DNA of 64,000 bases from Candidatus Rifleibacterium sp. GTDB lineage: Bacteria > Muiribacteriota > Ozemobacteria > Ozemobacterales > Ozemobacteraceae. The stretch lies in NCBI GenBank assembly GCA_035362315.1, contig DAOSDJ010000014.1:9419-73418 (forward strand). Direction: 5' to 3'. The translations under genes were made by a program, and so were the position numbers. The notes beneath the pieces are model-generated. The model made no database searches, was not told the DNA's origin, and worked only from the letters and a program-made list of their open reading frames with translations. Each line of letters starts with the position of its first letter. The first letter of the stretch is position 1. Of the stretch, positions 37,486 to 47,526 are shown piece by piece.

Positions 37486-40400
37486 ATGAAAATTCTTGAA
37501 TCATTCAAGGCACGGGTGTTTTTCCTGACAACAGCGCTGGTATTGATCACTGCGCTGTCGATTTCGATATTTCAGCAGATTCAGGCCGAGCGCCACACTG
37601 TCGAACTCGAACTCAACAATGCGAGAAGCATGCTGCAGCTGGCAGCGACCCAGATTGAAAATCAGTATGACAGTTATATATTTCATCGCGAATCGCTGAC
37701 CAGAGAGCGTAAGCAGAATCTGCAGAACATCGTCGAAATCACCAGCCGCATGGCAGAGAGTTACCAGCAGCAGATTATCAATGGTCAGCTCGACGAGGCG
37801 ACCGCCCAGCAACGTTTTCTGCATAGAATCCGGCATTTCCGCTATGCCGACGGCACCGGCTATATATGGGTCAACACCGCAGAAAGCCCACATCCACGGG
37901 TTATCGCTCACCCGGCAATGCCGGAACTTGAAGGGCAGAGAATGGACAGCAACGATCCGCTGTTCAACAATGCGCTGGGTCGCAAAGAAAACCTGTTCAC
38001 CGCTTTTGTTCAGGCCTGTTCTAAAGATGGCGAAGGTTTTGTCGACTATCTCTGGCCAAAACCAACCGCATCAGGAACCGCCGAAACAAAAGCCAAGCTT
38101 TCTTACGTGAAGCTCTTCAAACCCTGGAACTGGATCATCGGCGCCGGCATCTACATGGACGACATCGAAACCGACAGTCAGCTGCGCATCGACGCCATAA
38201 TCAAAGAACTGAAAAAGGCATTTGGCAAGGTCAAAATATCTGAAAACAGCTACCTGTTTCTTTTCGATTCCAGCTTCAACATGCTTGTTCACCCCGATTA
38301 CGAAGGCAAGGGGCCCGAAGGTTTTCAGGACCCGGAGCACGAAAAAACGATTCTGCGGCAGCTGGTACAGATTGCCGGGCAGCCTGGCGAAATGCTCTCT
38401 TACAGATGGCAGAAACCCGGCAGCGACAAAAAGGCACTCTTCGAGAAAACAGCCTGCGCTTTTCATTTTAAACCACTCGACTGGTATGTCGTCGCATCCG
38501 TATATACAGAAGAGCTGAAAAGCCCGCTCTATCGCCTGCGCTGGAAAATCCTGCTGATTCTCACCCTGCTCCTCTCGCTGTCATCAATACTCGCATCGAT
38601 GCTTGCAGACAGCCTCAGCCGGCCACTGCAGGAACTCGCGGCGGCGGCGGCCCGCATCGAATCAGAAGGAATTGGCGCTATCGAGATTCCCAGAAGCGGA
38701 ATCAGGGAAATCAACAAGCTCGGGCGTTGCCTGAACTCGATGGTCACCTCGATAAAATGCGCAATTGAAGACCGTGACCAGCTGTTCGAAGAGATTAAAA
38801 GCGAAGAAGAAAAGCACCGTACAACTCTGAATTCAATCGCCGATGCGGTGATTTCGACCGATACCAATGGCGCGATCAAAGGCATGAACCCGGCTGCCGA
38901 AGAAATAACCGGCTGGAAACTTGAAGAGGCTATCAACCGCGATATAAGCGAAGTTTATCAGGTCAACCCGGGTTCAACACTCGAAAGGTGCAAATCTGCC
39001 GTTCAAAAAGCCGTTCAGAACACCAGACATTTCAGGACTTCTGAAGACATAATTCTGATAAACAAGAATGGCGATGAACACCATATTTCCGAGCAGGCCT
39101 CTCTCATTCACGACGAAAACGGGAAACTGAAGGGCATGGTTGTCGTTTTCAGAAACATAACCGAAGAGTACCTGATTCATCAGAAGCTGAAGGAAGCCGA
39201 GTGGAAATTCAACGCGCTGTTTGAAAATGGGCCGCTCGGGGTTGCCTATCATCGCATGATCTATGATGAAAATGGCAACCCGTTTGATTACCATTTCATC
39301 GATGCGAACAGAAATTATGTGAATCTGACCGGTGTCGACCCGCGCGGCAAAACCGTCAGAGAAGCCTTTCCCGGCATAGAAAACGACCCGTTCGACTGGA
39401 TAGGCAACTATGGCAGGGTCGCCAGAACCGGCAAAACCTTCAGATTCAGACAGCATCTGCCGCTGAACAACCGCTGGTATGACGGGCTGGCCTTTCAATA
39501 TAAACCCGATCATTTTGTCGTCGCCTTTTTTGAAATTACCGAACAGCGCAAGCTTGAACAGCAGCTGCAGCAGGCGCAGAAAATGGATGCGGTCGGCCAG
39601 CTCGCCGGCGGCATCGCTCATGACTTCAACAATGTTCTGGGCGGCATCATGGGTGCAGCCGAACTTCTGTTCATGGAAGCCGGCGACAACCCGCGGCAGA
39701 AAAAATTTCTGAACATTATTCTCGATTCTTCGCACCGGGCTACCGACCTGATAAAGAAACTGCTCACCTTTGGCCGCCAGAAGCCTCTCAGCACGGTTCC
39801 GGTAGACGTTCATAATGCGGTGCATGAAGCCATCGCTCTGCTCGAATGCAGCATCGACAAGAAAGTCAGAATCGAGCAGCAACTGCAGGCGCCCCACTCG
39901 ATCGTCAACGGCGATCTTTCACAGCTGCAGACGGTTTTTATAAATCTCGGCATAAATGCCAGCCATGCAATGCCCGACGGCGGCACCCTGTCATTCAGCA
40001 GTTCGTGCATTCAGCTCGACGAAATCGCCGCGCACGCGCACGAGCTTGAGCCCGGCCTCTACATAAAGATTCAGGTGCGCGACACTGGCATCGGCATCAG
40101 CCCCGAGAATATTTCGCGCATTTTCGAGCCGTTCTTCACTACCAAACCCTCAGGCAAGGGCACCGGGCTTGGCCTGGCAGTCAGCTTCGGCATTATCAGG
40201 CAACACCTCGGCGCCATTTCCGTCTACAGTGAACCAGGCAATGGTGCGGTTTTCAACATTCTTCTGCCATTGTCGAATCTTCAGTGCCACGAAGAAGACA
40301 CAAATGAAGCCATTCACCGTGGCAAGGGCACTATTCTCGTCATTGACGACGAAAAAATCATCAGAGAAACCGCCGCCGACATTCTCAGACACTTCGGCTA

Positions 40401-40686
40401 TGAGGCAGTAACCGCAGCCTCGGCCAGTGAAGGCATCGAAGCTTTCAAAGCCGACCGGCAGAATATCAGGCTGGTGCTGCTCGACATGATCATGCCCGAA
40501 ATGAACGGTCGCGAATGTTTCGAGCGCCTGCAAAGCATCTGCCCCGACGTCAAGGTCGTTCTCGCCTCGGGCTTTTCAAAGGAAGAAGACATCGAAATGA
40601 TGCAGGAAAAAGGCCTGTGCGGCTTTATTCACAAGCCCTACAGCCTGCGCGAGCTCAGCCATCTGCTCAATCGCATTTTTGTCTGA
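37486..40686 (+). CDS. hybrid sensor histidine kinase (TM - Cache sensor - HAMP - PAS x2-3 - HisKA - HATPase - REC)
   Basis: Two TM helices flank an ~300-aa periplasmic region. H-box GGIAHDFNNVLGGI. HATPase GTGLGLAVSFGI. C-terminal REC ILVIDDE...LLDMIMPEMNG. Confidence 0.85.
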   Translation: MKILESFKARVFFLTTALVLITALSISIFQQIQAERHTVELELNNARSMLQLAATQIENQYDSYIFHRESLTRERKQNLQNIVEITSRMAESYQQQIINGQLDEATAQQRFLHRIRHFRYADGTGYIWVNTAESPHPRVIAHPAMPELEGQRMDSNDPLFNNALGRKENLFTAFVQACSKDGEGFVDYLWPKPTASGTAETKAKLSYVKLFKPWNWIIGAGIYMDDIETDSQLRIDAIIKELKKAFGKVKISENSYLFLFDSSFNMLVHPDYEGKGPEGFQDPEHEKTILRQLVQIAGQPGEMLSYRWQKPGSDKKALFEKTACAFHFKPLDWYVVASVYTEELKSPLYRLRWKILLILTLLLSLSSILASMLADSLSRPLQELAAAAARIESEGIGAIEIPRSGIREINKLGRCLNSMVTSIKCAIEDRDQLFEEIKSEEEKHRTTLNSIADAVISTDTNGAIKGMNPAAEEITGWKLEEAINRDISEVYQVNPGSTLERCKSAVQKAVQNTRHFRTSEDIILINKNGDEHHISEQASLIHDENGKLKGMVVVFRNITEEYLIHQKLKEAEWKFNALFENGPLGVAYHRMIYDENGNPFDYHFIDANRNYVNLTGVDPRGKTVREAFPGIENDPFDWIGNYGRVARTGKTFRFRQHLPLNNRWYDGLAFQYKPDHFVVAFFEITEQRKLEQQLQQAQKMDAVGQLAGGIAHDFNNVLGGIMGAAELLFMEAGDNPRQKKFLNIILDSSHRATDLIKKLLTFGRQKPLSTVPVDVHNAVHEAIALLECSIDKKVRIEQQLQAPHSIVNGDLSQLQTVFINLGINASHAMPDGGTLSFSSSCIQLDEIAAHAHELEPGLYIKIQVRDTGIGISPENISRIFEPFFTTKPSGKGTGLGLAVSFGIIRQHLGAISVYSEPGNGAVFNILLPLSNLQCHEEDTNEAIHRGKGTILVIDDEKIIRETAADILRHFGYEAVTAASASEGIEAFKADRQNIRLVLLDMIMPEMNGRECFERLQSICPDVKVVLASGFSKEEDIEMMQEKGLCGFIHKPYSLRELSHLLNRIFV

Positions 40687-41299
40687 GGCGCACCTGAAAA
40701 TTCTTGATCTGCACAAAGATTTCCTTGAGAATTTTCTGATCGATCGAAGTCAGCAGGTCGGGGCTGACAAAATTGTCGGGCGACAGCCCCTGGTCGATCG
40801 AAACGGCCTGCTTGTCGAGTCTGATGCGCATCAGATAACTCAGCGCAATTTTCAGCTCGTAATAACTCTGATCAGAAAAAATACCGGCTTCTCGCAGGGC
40901 CTTCAGCCGCTCATGCGTGTTGCGTTCCTTCAAACCATGTTTCAGGGCATAAATCCGGGCAAAATCGACAACCAGGTTCATGACCGACTTGATGTCGAGC
41001 ACATCGGTTTTATGCCTTTTATTTTCGACAATAAAGTTACCAAAAACACCGATCGGCGGCCGCCCAAGCTTGCCAACAGCAAGCTCTATCGCCCGCACCA
41101 TGGTCATGTCAGCAAAATCGGTGATCAGGCGATTGTCCTGACTGACTGCCGTTTTATTGTTGATGAGAATGCACGCCAGTTCAGGCAGAATACCGGCACT
41201 TCTGGCCAGATTGTCGTTGTCGGGTGCTGCCTGAATCTGCCGCAGCGCCACCGTTGGCGAATAGCGCTGCAGCGAAATAGAACTGCGATAGTTCATCAT
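40667..41299 (-). CDS. protein resembling the C-terminal substrate-binding domain of DUF294-type putative nucleotidyltransferases
   Basis: The start ATG lies 2 nt after the stop of the upstream PAS gene, suggesting translational coupling. Low-confidence family assignment. Confidence 0.4.
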   Translation of the reverse strand: MMNYRSSISLQRYSPTVALRQIQAAPDNDNLARSAGILPELACILINNKTAVSQDNRLITDFADMTMVRAIELAVGKLGRPPIGVFGNFIVENKRHKTDVLDIKSVMNLVVDFARIYALKHGLKERNTHERLKALREAGIFSDQSYYELKIALSYLMRIRLDKQAVSIDQGLSPDNFVSPDLLTSIDQKILKEIFVQIKNFQVRLRQKCD

Positions 41300-41301
41300 T
41301 C

Positions 41302-41978
41302 TCAGCTCGCCGGCTGCATTGCGAAAAAATACCGGCCAATTTCTTCTAGAGAAGCGGTCTCAGGGCAGATGACTGCCGGCAGAGTATCCATGTCGGTTAC
41401 CCACTGGTGAAAATACAGCAGGCTCTGCTGCAGTTCTTCGAGCAGGCAGTCCTGTCTGATCACCCGTTCCTGCTGCGAAGTGAGTTCAGAGGCGATCATC
41501 AGAAAGCCGGGCATGTCACCCTGCGGAATACTCGACAGCGAGATCATCACATGATGTCTGACACCGTTTTTGCCGACCAGATACGACTCATACTGAATCG
41601 GGCTGAGTTCGCCACTCATCATCGCAACCGGAAAAGACCGCCCCTTCTCGATCTCGGCAGCCGACATCTCGACCACCTGAGAAATATCGAGGCGCGCAAA
41701 CTCTTCGGCACTGTAACCGAGAAGACCAAGCATGCTGCAGTTGGCGAAAAGCTTCTGGGCCCCAAGCGACATGATCATGTATTCACCTGCCGATTCAACG
41801 AGCAGGCGGTATTTCTCTTCACTCGCACGCAGACTGGCTTCGGCCCGCTCTCTCTGTCTTTCGTTCTGGTAGCTGCCGGCAACGAGAAAGGCCAGTTTTT
41901 GCCTGACGGGCAAAATAGAACGAAAGGCCGAGAACCAGGCCGACAAAGGCAGCAAACAAGACTACGGGCATTACTTCC
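41302..41978 (-). pseudogene. membrane PAS-domain sensor protein with an apparent frameshift separating the N-terminal TM helix from the PAS domain
   Basis: The ATG at 41978 opens frame A (MEVMPVVLFAAFVGLVLGLSFYFARQAK..., a TM helix) and ends at 41817. Frame B (41955->41302) encodes the linker and PAS domain. The shift is likely at a T5/A5 homopolymer near 41885-41900. Confidence 0.4.
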
Positions 41979-41981
41979 ATG

Positions 41982-42203
41982 TCATTCACCCACCTTTTCG
42001 CTGCCGGAAGCCATCAACGCAGCCTCTCTGGCATTGCAGGCCTGATTGTAGATCAGCGCCATGATCAGGGCCAGAAAGATCAGGCCAAAACCGTAGACTA
42101 CGGCCAGGTTCAGACCCCAGAATACTTCTTTTTCCATGGCCAGCGGGCTGATGACGTTAATACCGATAAAACCGGCGTAAACAAGGGCGTAAACGACAAA
42201 CAT
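41982..42203 (-). CDS. small two-TM membrane protein (DUF485/DUF4212-like)
   Basis: 73 aa with two hydrophobic helices. Its stop lies 1 nt from the next ATG. Confidence 0.4.
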   Translation of the reverse strand: MFVVYALVYAGFIGINVISPLAMEKEVFWGLNLAVVYGFGLIFLALIMALIYNQACNAREAALMASGSEKVGE

Positions 42204-42619
42204 TTTGCCCCCAGCAGGGTCTTGAACGAGGCAGCCGGATCTTTGCCGCTTTGTGCGGCAGGTTCGTGAAACATGATTCCTCCTGGGGCTTTTTTATGCC
42301 CTCTATAGTTTGGCGAACAGCAATATCCCTGTTAAACCTGCGATGCAGGCTTAATCCGTGCACAATGGCAGAAAAACCAATTCCTCAACACTTCATAAAA
42401 CTTTAATAAGGGCATACTGACGTATCTGCAAAATGTTCCGCAATTCAAAAATTGCAAAAACTGCCGCTGATTTGCAAAATACATCCGCATTTCAACGGAA
42501 AATTTTCACAAACAATTGCAACGGCAAAACTGGCGGCGGATATTTTTTTCGGGTCTAACGTTTATCATTTTAAAAATGTATGATTTAATGAACTGATGAT
42601 TTATTCAGAGGGGTTCAGC

Positions 42620-43624
42620 ATGAAAAACAGAATTAATCTGCTGCTTGCCGCAATGATGTTTTGGGGAAGCGGGCTCGCGCTTGCCGGTGAGTCGGCGGTA
42701 ATTGCTGCTGCCAGCGGGCTGAGCCTGCGTGAAAAACCAGCGAGAAATGCAAAATTGATCGTAAAACTGCGGCAGGGAACAAAAATCGAGGTAATCGACA
42801 GAAACGGCCCTGAAGAGCAGATCGAGGGCAAACGCAGCAACTGGTTCAAAGTCAGTTCGGGTGCCCACACTGGCTGGGTATTTGGCGGCTTTGTCCAAGA
42901 AAATTCATCGCAACCGGAACCCCGCAAGACTGAAACCACCGGAAAAGTCGCGGCCAAATCGGCAACAGCAGATGCAGACAAAGATTCAGAGAATCCACCG
43001 GCCGACACGGATTTTGTCGACAACGAGGCCGAAACTGACGAAAAGACAGTTCTGCGACGGTTTTCGGCTAAAGTAGTCAGAAAAGGTAAGACACTGCGCC
43101 TGAACTGCGCCGGTGACCGCAAAGTGGAATTCACCAGCGATGACAGCGGCGGTGAATCGCATGTAATGTATTACTGCATCGATTATGTTCAGCCTGAGGG
43201 GCTGTTTCTGATTTATGCCCAGCTGTATGAAGGTTCTGAGCACTTTTTTGTCAGCGAAGCCACCGGAAAAACCTTCAACCTCGGAGATCGCCCGATCTTT
43301 TCGCCACAGCGCAGCCGGGTTGCAGTCGCCGGTCTCGATATTACCGCGGCCTACGATTTTAACGGTCTGAGAATTTTTAAAGTCGAAAAAGACGGCCTGC
43401 AGCTCGAGTTCGAGCTTGAACCCGAAAACTGGGGCCCCGAAAACTTCAAATGGGAATCAGAGACCGCTGCCAGCTTTGCCAAAGTCAGCATGAACGAAAA
43501 GACCGAATTCGAAAGTGTTCCCGCCCGTCTTGAATTGCCGGCGGAAAGCAAAAACTGGCTGATAACCGAAACCGCCGCCAAAACGGCGGCGGGCAAAAAC
43601 CGGCCGGCTAAAAAGCGTAATTAG
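42620..43624 (+). CDS. secreted protein with N-terminal SH3b-like domain
   Basis: RBS gagggg. Signal peptide MKNRINLLLAAMMFWGSGLALAGE. SGLSLREKPARNAKLIVKLRQGTKIEVI...WFKVSSGAHTGWVFGGFV. Confidence 0.6.
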   Translation: MKNRINLLLAAMMFWGSGLALAGESAVIAAASGLSLREKPARNAKLIVKLRQGTKIEVIDRNGPEEQIEGKRSNWFKVSSGAHTGWVFGGFVQENSSQPEPRKTETTGKVAAKSATADADKDSENPPADTDFVDNEAETDEKTVLRRFSAKVVRKGKTLRLNCAGDRKVEFTSDDSGGESHVMYYCIDYVQPEGLFLIYAQLYEGSEHFFVSEATGKTFNLGDRPIFSPQRSRVAVAGLDITAAYDFNGLRIFKVEKDGLQLEFELEPENWGPENFKWESETAASFAKVSMNEKTEFESVPARLELPAESKNWLITETAAKTAAGKNRPAKKRN

Positions 43625-44427
43625 CCTTTTGTCGAAACTTTCGGGTCAACCGGGGTCTGAATCTCGCCGTTGGCGTTGTAGGCAACCGCATTTGTCTGCT
43701 TCAGACTGCGGGCAAGCTGTGCCGCCGATTCGCGGCGATAGGCTGCAATTTTCTCAAAAACACCACCCGACCGGGCCTTTTCGGGATCGATACCGTTTTT
43801 CACAAAATCATCGAGACCGGCAAAAACCAGTGAGTTGGTTTTATCGATACCGGCTTTGACGTCCTCCGGCAGCTCGCCGAGAATTGCCCTGGCCTGACGA
43901 AAACCCTCACTGATGGCACCACCGATAAAATCGGCAAATTTCTGACGGGAGGCTTCACTTTCGCCTTCGGCTTTAAAAACCTCGCTCAGCGAAAAAAAAC
44001 TGGTTGCCACGTCTAGAATACGACGGGCGGTATTTTCTGGAGAAAAATATTCCTGCAGGGCGGTCAGCTGATCTTCTTCGCCAGTTTCTTCGGTTGCCGG
44101 GGTGTCGCTGCCTTCCCGGACCGGCACGGTCGCCTCTTCACCAGAGGCACGCTGCATGAATTCATAGGCAGAGCGGAAAGAAAAGGTTTCCCGTGAGGTC
44201 TCAAAACCGTTAGCTGAGTTAACCGAGCGCAGAACCTGATAATTCAGCTCGAACTGCGACCGGGCCCAGATCACCTTGTTTTTTGCATCGCCGGAAAGAC
44301 CAAATTCATCAACATTCAGATTTTGAAGAGCAGCGCCACCGGAGCCCTTGTCGGCGTTTCTGCCTTTACCTGACGCTTTGCCGTGGTTCGTAACCGAACC
44401 GGGTACAAGCTGAATCTTTTCAACCAT
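43621..44427 (-). CDS. hypothetical protein
   Basis: Long ORF with coding-like composition. Stop codons overlap with the convergent gene. No family recognised. Confidence 0.5.
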   Translation of the reverse strand: MVEKIQLVPGSVTNHGKASGKGRNADKGSGGAALQNLNVDEFGLSGDAKNKVIWARSQFELNYQVLRSVNSANGFETSRETFSFRSAYEFMQRASGEEATVPVREGSDTPATEETGEEDQLTALQEYFSPENTARRILDVATSFFSLSEVFKAEGESEASRQKFADFIGGAISEGFRQARAILGELPEDVKAGIDKTNSLVFAGLDDFVKNGIDPEKARSGGVFEKIAAYRRESAAQLARSLKQTNAVAYNANGEIQTPVDPKVSTKG

Positions 44428-44558
44428 AGCTGCCCCCCTTTTTGTGTTCCTCTTTAAAAAGTATCACATTTCTCAAAAAATCATAGCAGAAACGAAGCAT
44501 GGCTTGCAGGACAAACTCACTAAATTTTGTGATATTATCGTTTTTGGAACTTTATCAA

Positions 44559-45482
44559 ATGAGGTACCCCGTGAAAAAATTAATGCTGCTCGCAGTCATG
44601 CTGATAACCGCCATAACCGCTTCTGCCCAGGAAATACCCGCCGGCCTGCTTTTTGTCGGCGTCGTCAATGAATCTTCAGATATATACCTTTGGGTTCCCG
44701 AAGCGAACGGCGGCAGGGCTGTCAATCTGTCTAAAACCCCGCAGAAAGAAGGAAATGCCTGCTGGTGGCAGCAAAAAGAGCTTATTCTGGCATCGAGAGG
44801 GCAGCAGAACGGCAATTACGGTCTGGTGGCACTCGACAGCCAGGGCAAAACCGTCTGGGAATTGAACGACCCGTTCGGCAGTCTCGGCTGGCCGGTTCCG
44901 TCGCCATTTGACGACCGCATTCTCTGCGTCAGAGCTCTCAGCAACGGCTTCGTTCAGACCGGTGTTGTCAATTACCCTGATGGCGGCTTCGAACCCTTCG
45001 AATTTGAAGATCTGGCCGGCGGCCAGCTGGCGTGGCTGAACCCTGATCTGATAATGCTGTCACGGGTTACCAGTGAAGGTTTTACTATCAACCACCGCGA
45101 GCTCAGCAGTGGCAATGAGCAGACAATCGTCAGGGGCGGGCAGAACTGGCAGAGTCATGTCAACGCCGCGACCGGCCGCATGTTTTTCGTCAGAAGAGTC
45201 GGCCAGACCGGCAGCGTTTTCGAACTTTCCAAAGACACCACCGGCCACTGGGAATACGAAAACATCACCAACGGCCGCATGTATGACTGGCAGCCTTCGA
45301 CCAGTTCTGACGGCAGCACTCTCATCTACCGCTCGCTCAGAGACGGCCGTTTCGAAACGATCGTCCGCGATCTGGCAACCGGCAGAGAAAAACAGATCGA
45401 CATGCCCGGCTTCACGCAGATCTATTTCCCGACCATTCTCGATCAGGCCACCTGCACGGCCCTGCAGCAGCAAACCCGCTAA
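44559..45482 (+). CDS. secreted TolB-like beta-propeller (PD40 repeat) protein
   Basis: Signal peptide MLLAVMLITAITASAQE. An alternative GTG start at 44571 has a better RBS gagg. PD40-like repeats (GRMFFVRR, DGSTLIYRSLRDG). Confidence 0.55.
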   Translation: MRYPVKKLMLLAVMLITAITASAQEIPAGLLFVGVVNESSDIYLWVPEANGGRAVNLSKTPQKEGNACWWQQKELILASRGQQNGNYGLVALDSQGKTVWELNDPFGSLGWPVPSPFDDRILCVRALSNGFVQTGVVNYPDGGFEPFEFEDLAGGQLAWLNPDLIMLSRVTSEGFTINHRELSSGNEQTIVRGGQNWQSHVNAATGRMFFVRRVGQTGSVFELSKDTTGHWEYENITNGRMYDWQPSTSSDGSTLIYRSLRDGRFETIVRDLATGREKQIDMPGFTQIYFPTILDQATCTALQQQTR

Positions 45483-45506
45483 AAAGTTACTCTTAGCAGA
45501 AAAAAT

Positions 45507-45821
45507 CTAGAAGCCGGTAAAAAGAAAATCGAGCGCAGAAATAATGCTCTGGCGATGCTCCTTTAAGGAAGTAACGAACTTCCCAAGGGCCTGGACCGGA
45601 ATGCCTGCCAACTCAGATGTTGACAGGAAAACAGCCTTCTTTTTGACGCGAAATTTTGGCTGGAGATACTCGACGGTCCTGCTCTTCGGAGATACATATG
45701 CAAGCGGCGCGACCACCCGGGTAGCAAGCCCATCAAGGAGATCGGACTGAAGATCGAGAAGATAAGGAAAATTCTTCTTCGATTGCTCATTCGGATTCTC
45801 ATACACATCAAACTGTGCCAT
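45507..45821 (-). CDS. ccdB: CcdB-family toxin (DNA gyrase poison)
   Basis: MAQFDVYENP...YLLDLQSDLLDGLATRVVAPL...ALDFLFTGF aligns with F-plasmid CcdB (MQFKVYTYK...VDVQSDIIDTPGRRMVIPL...NLMFWGI). Confidence 0.75.
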   Translation of the reverse strand: MAQFDVYENPNEQSKKNFPYLLDLQSDLLDGLATRVVAPLAYVSPKSRTVEYLQPKFRVKKKAVFLSTSELAGIPVQALGKFVTSLKEHRQSIISALDFLFTGF

Positions 45822-46066
45822 TAAAAACTCCTCAAGCCATCACTGAATACGCCAGTCGCGACGTGGCTGTTATATTGCTCTATGGCCTCGCGGTTGTCTT
45901 CCTTCCATTTACGACGTTTTTCCTCTAGCAATAGCTCTGCAAGGCGATGTTCCAGAGCCCTGGAAAGATTTATCCCACTCTTCTTTGCCAGCATCAGGAG
46001 ATCGCTGTTTATACTAAGATTGGTGGGCTTCTTCGGAGCTTTTTGATCAAATATATTTAAGTTCAT
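45821..46066 (-). CDS. ccdA: CcdA-family antitoxin
   Basis: RBS aggag. MNLNIFDQKAPKKPTNLSINSDLLMLAKKSGINLSRALE...WKEDNREAIEQYN matches the CcdA pattern. Overlaps ccdB by 1 nt. Confidence 0.7.
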   Translation of the reverse strand: MNLNIFDQKAPKKPTNLSINSDLLMLAKKSGINLSRALEHRLAELLLEEKRRKWKEDNREAIEQYNSHVATGVFSDGLRSF

Positions 46067-46351
46067 ACAACACTCCTGTGCGCATATATTATACACATAT
46101 AATAGCAATTATTATGCGCATAAGCAAGCCGTTTCCTGCAGGTGGTCGGTTTCATAAATTAAAGATGGGCGCTTATAATTGTCTGAGTTATCTGGTTCAG
46201 GATGACGAAAAGCATACTTTTGCTCTGTCTGTGATGAAAAAATTTGCTTAATAGCGGTTTAACGGTATAATTCAGGGGTTCATACACACCGACCGCCATT
46301 CATCACATAGAAACACCCGGGCGGTAGAGGCTTAAACAGGGAGAAACCCGG

Positions 46352-47509
46352 ATGATTGAAAGTGGCTTTGCATTCATTGCGGCACTGCTGTTCATTGCAG
46401 CCGTAATCGTGCAGCTCGACAAGAAATTTCGCACTTTTTTCGAATATGTGCCCGGCATCGTCGTGCTGTATTTTCTGGTGATGACACTGTCGACTCTCGG
46501 CTTCTGGAAACAGACCGACGAAATCAACTTTTACTACACCCAGCTCAAAAACAACATTCTGCCGGCAATGATCTTTCTGATGCTGCTGCACTGCGACCTG
46601 AAGAAGATTCTCAAACTCGGGCCGCGCATGCTGCTTGGCTTTTTCTCAGCCTCTTTCACGATCGCCGTCGGCTTTATCGTCGTCTATTTTCTTTTCAAAG
46701 GTCACTTTGAGCCGCATACCTGGAAAACCTTCGCAGCTCTGTGCGGTTCCTGGATGGGCGGTACCGGCAATATGGCCGCAATTCAGCTGGCACTCGGAGT
46801 CGCAGACTCACAGATGGGTTACACCCTGATCATGGACTCGGTAAACTATGCGGTCTGGGTTATGCTGCTGCTGATGGTGGTGCCCTATGCCCGCCATTTC
46901 AACAACTGGACCAAAGCCGACACCAGCCAGATCGACGCGGTCGGCGCCAGCCTGATGAGCGAAAAAACCGACCAACCGTTGCCAACTACCTTTCATGATC
47001 TCATTCTGCTGCTCGGAAGCAGCTTTATGGTCGCTGCCGTTGCACAGTATCTGGCACCGATGCTGCCGACCTCGTCGTTCGTTTCGACCTACAGCTGGGT
47101 AGTTCTCATCGCCACCGCCGCCGGCATCATTGCGGCACTCACCCCGCTTGGCAGGACCTCGGGCATCTCGATGCTCGCCAGCCTGATGCTTTATCTGATC
47201 GTGGCCCTGATCGGCTCACGCGCCAATTTTGCCGAATTATCACAGGCGCCGTTTTACATTTTCTGCGGTTTTCTGATTCTGGTCATTCATGCGGTTCTTC
47301 TGGCACTGATTGCAAAAATCTTTAAACTCGACCTGTTCACCTGCGGCGTCGCCAGCCTGGCCAACATCGGCGGCGTTGCCTCGGCACCGATTCTGGCAGC
47401 CGCCTACAGCGAAGTGCTTGTGCCTGTCGGCGTTCTGATGTCGATGGTCGGCTACGTTATCGGCACCGGCGGCGGGCTGCTCGTCGGCAAAATCCTGTCA
47501 ATGATCTGA
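46352..47509 (+). CDS. DUF819-family integral membrane protein (putative transporter)
   Basis: About 10-12 TM helices. N-terminal FAFIAALLFIAAVIVQLDKKFRTFFEYVPGIVVLYF is typical of DUF819. Confidence 0.6.
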   Translation: MIESGFAFIAALLFIAAVIVQLDKKFRTFFEYVPGIVVLYFLVMTLSTLGFWKQTDEINFYYTQLKNNILPAMIFLMLLHCDLKKILKLGPRMLLGFFSASFTIAVGFIVVYFLFKGHFEPHTWKTFAALCGSWMGGTGNMAAIQLALGVADSQMGYTLIMDSVNYAVWVMLLLMVVPYARHFNNWTKADTSQIDAVGASLMSEKTDQPLPTTFHDLILLLGSSFMVAAVAQYLAPMLPTSSFVSTYSWVVLIATAAGIIAALTPLGRTSGISMLASLMLYLIVALIGSRANFAELSQAPFYIFCGFLILVIHAVLLALIAKIFKLDLFTCGVASLANIGGVASAPILAAAYSEVLVPVGVLMSMVGYVIGTGGGLLVGKILSMI

Positions 47510-47526
47510 GCAACGGAGCAAATGCG

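Noticed and set aside
40667-41978. Treating the PAS ORF and the DUF294-C-like ORF as one frameshifted gene
   Set aside because: The junction is TGA-ga-ATGATG, a normal coupled stop/start arrangement. Only the N-terminal TM/PAS junction near 41890 looks like a genuine frameshift.
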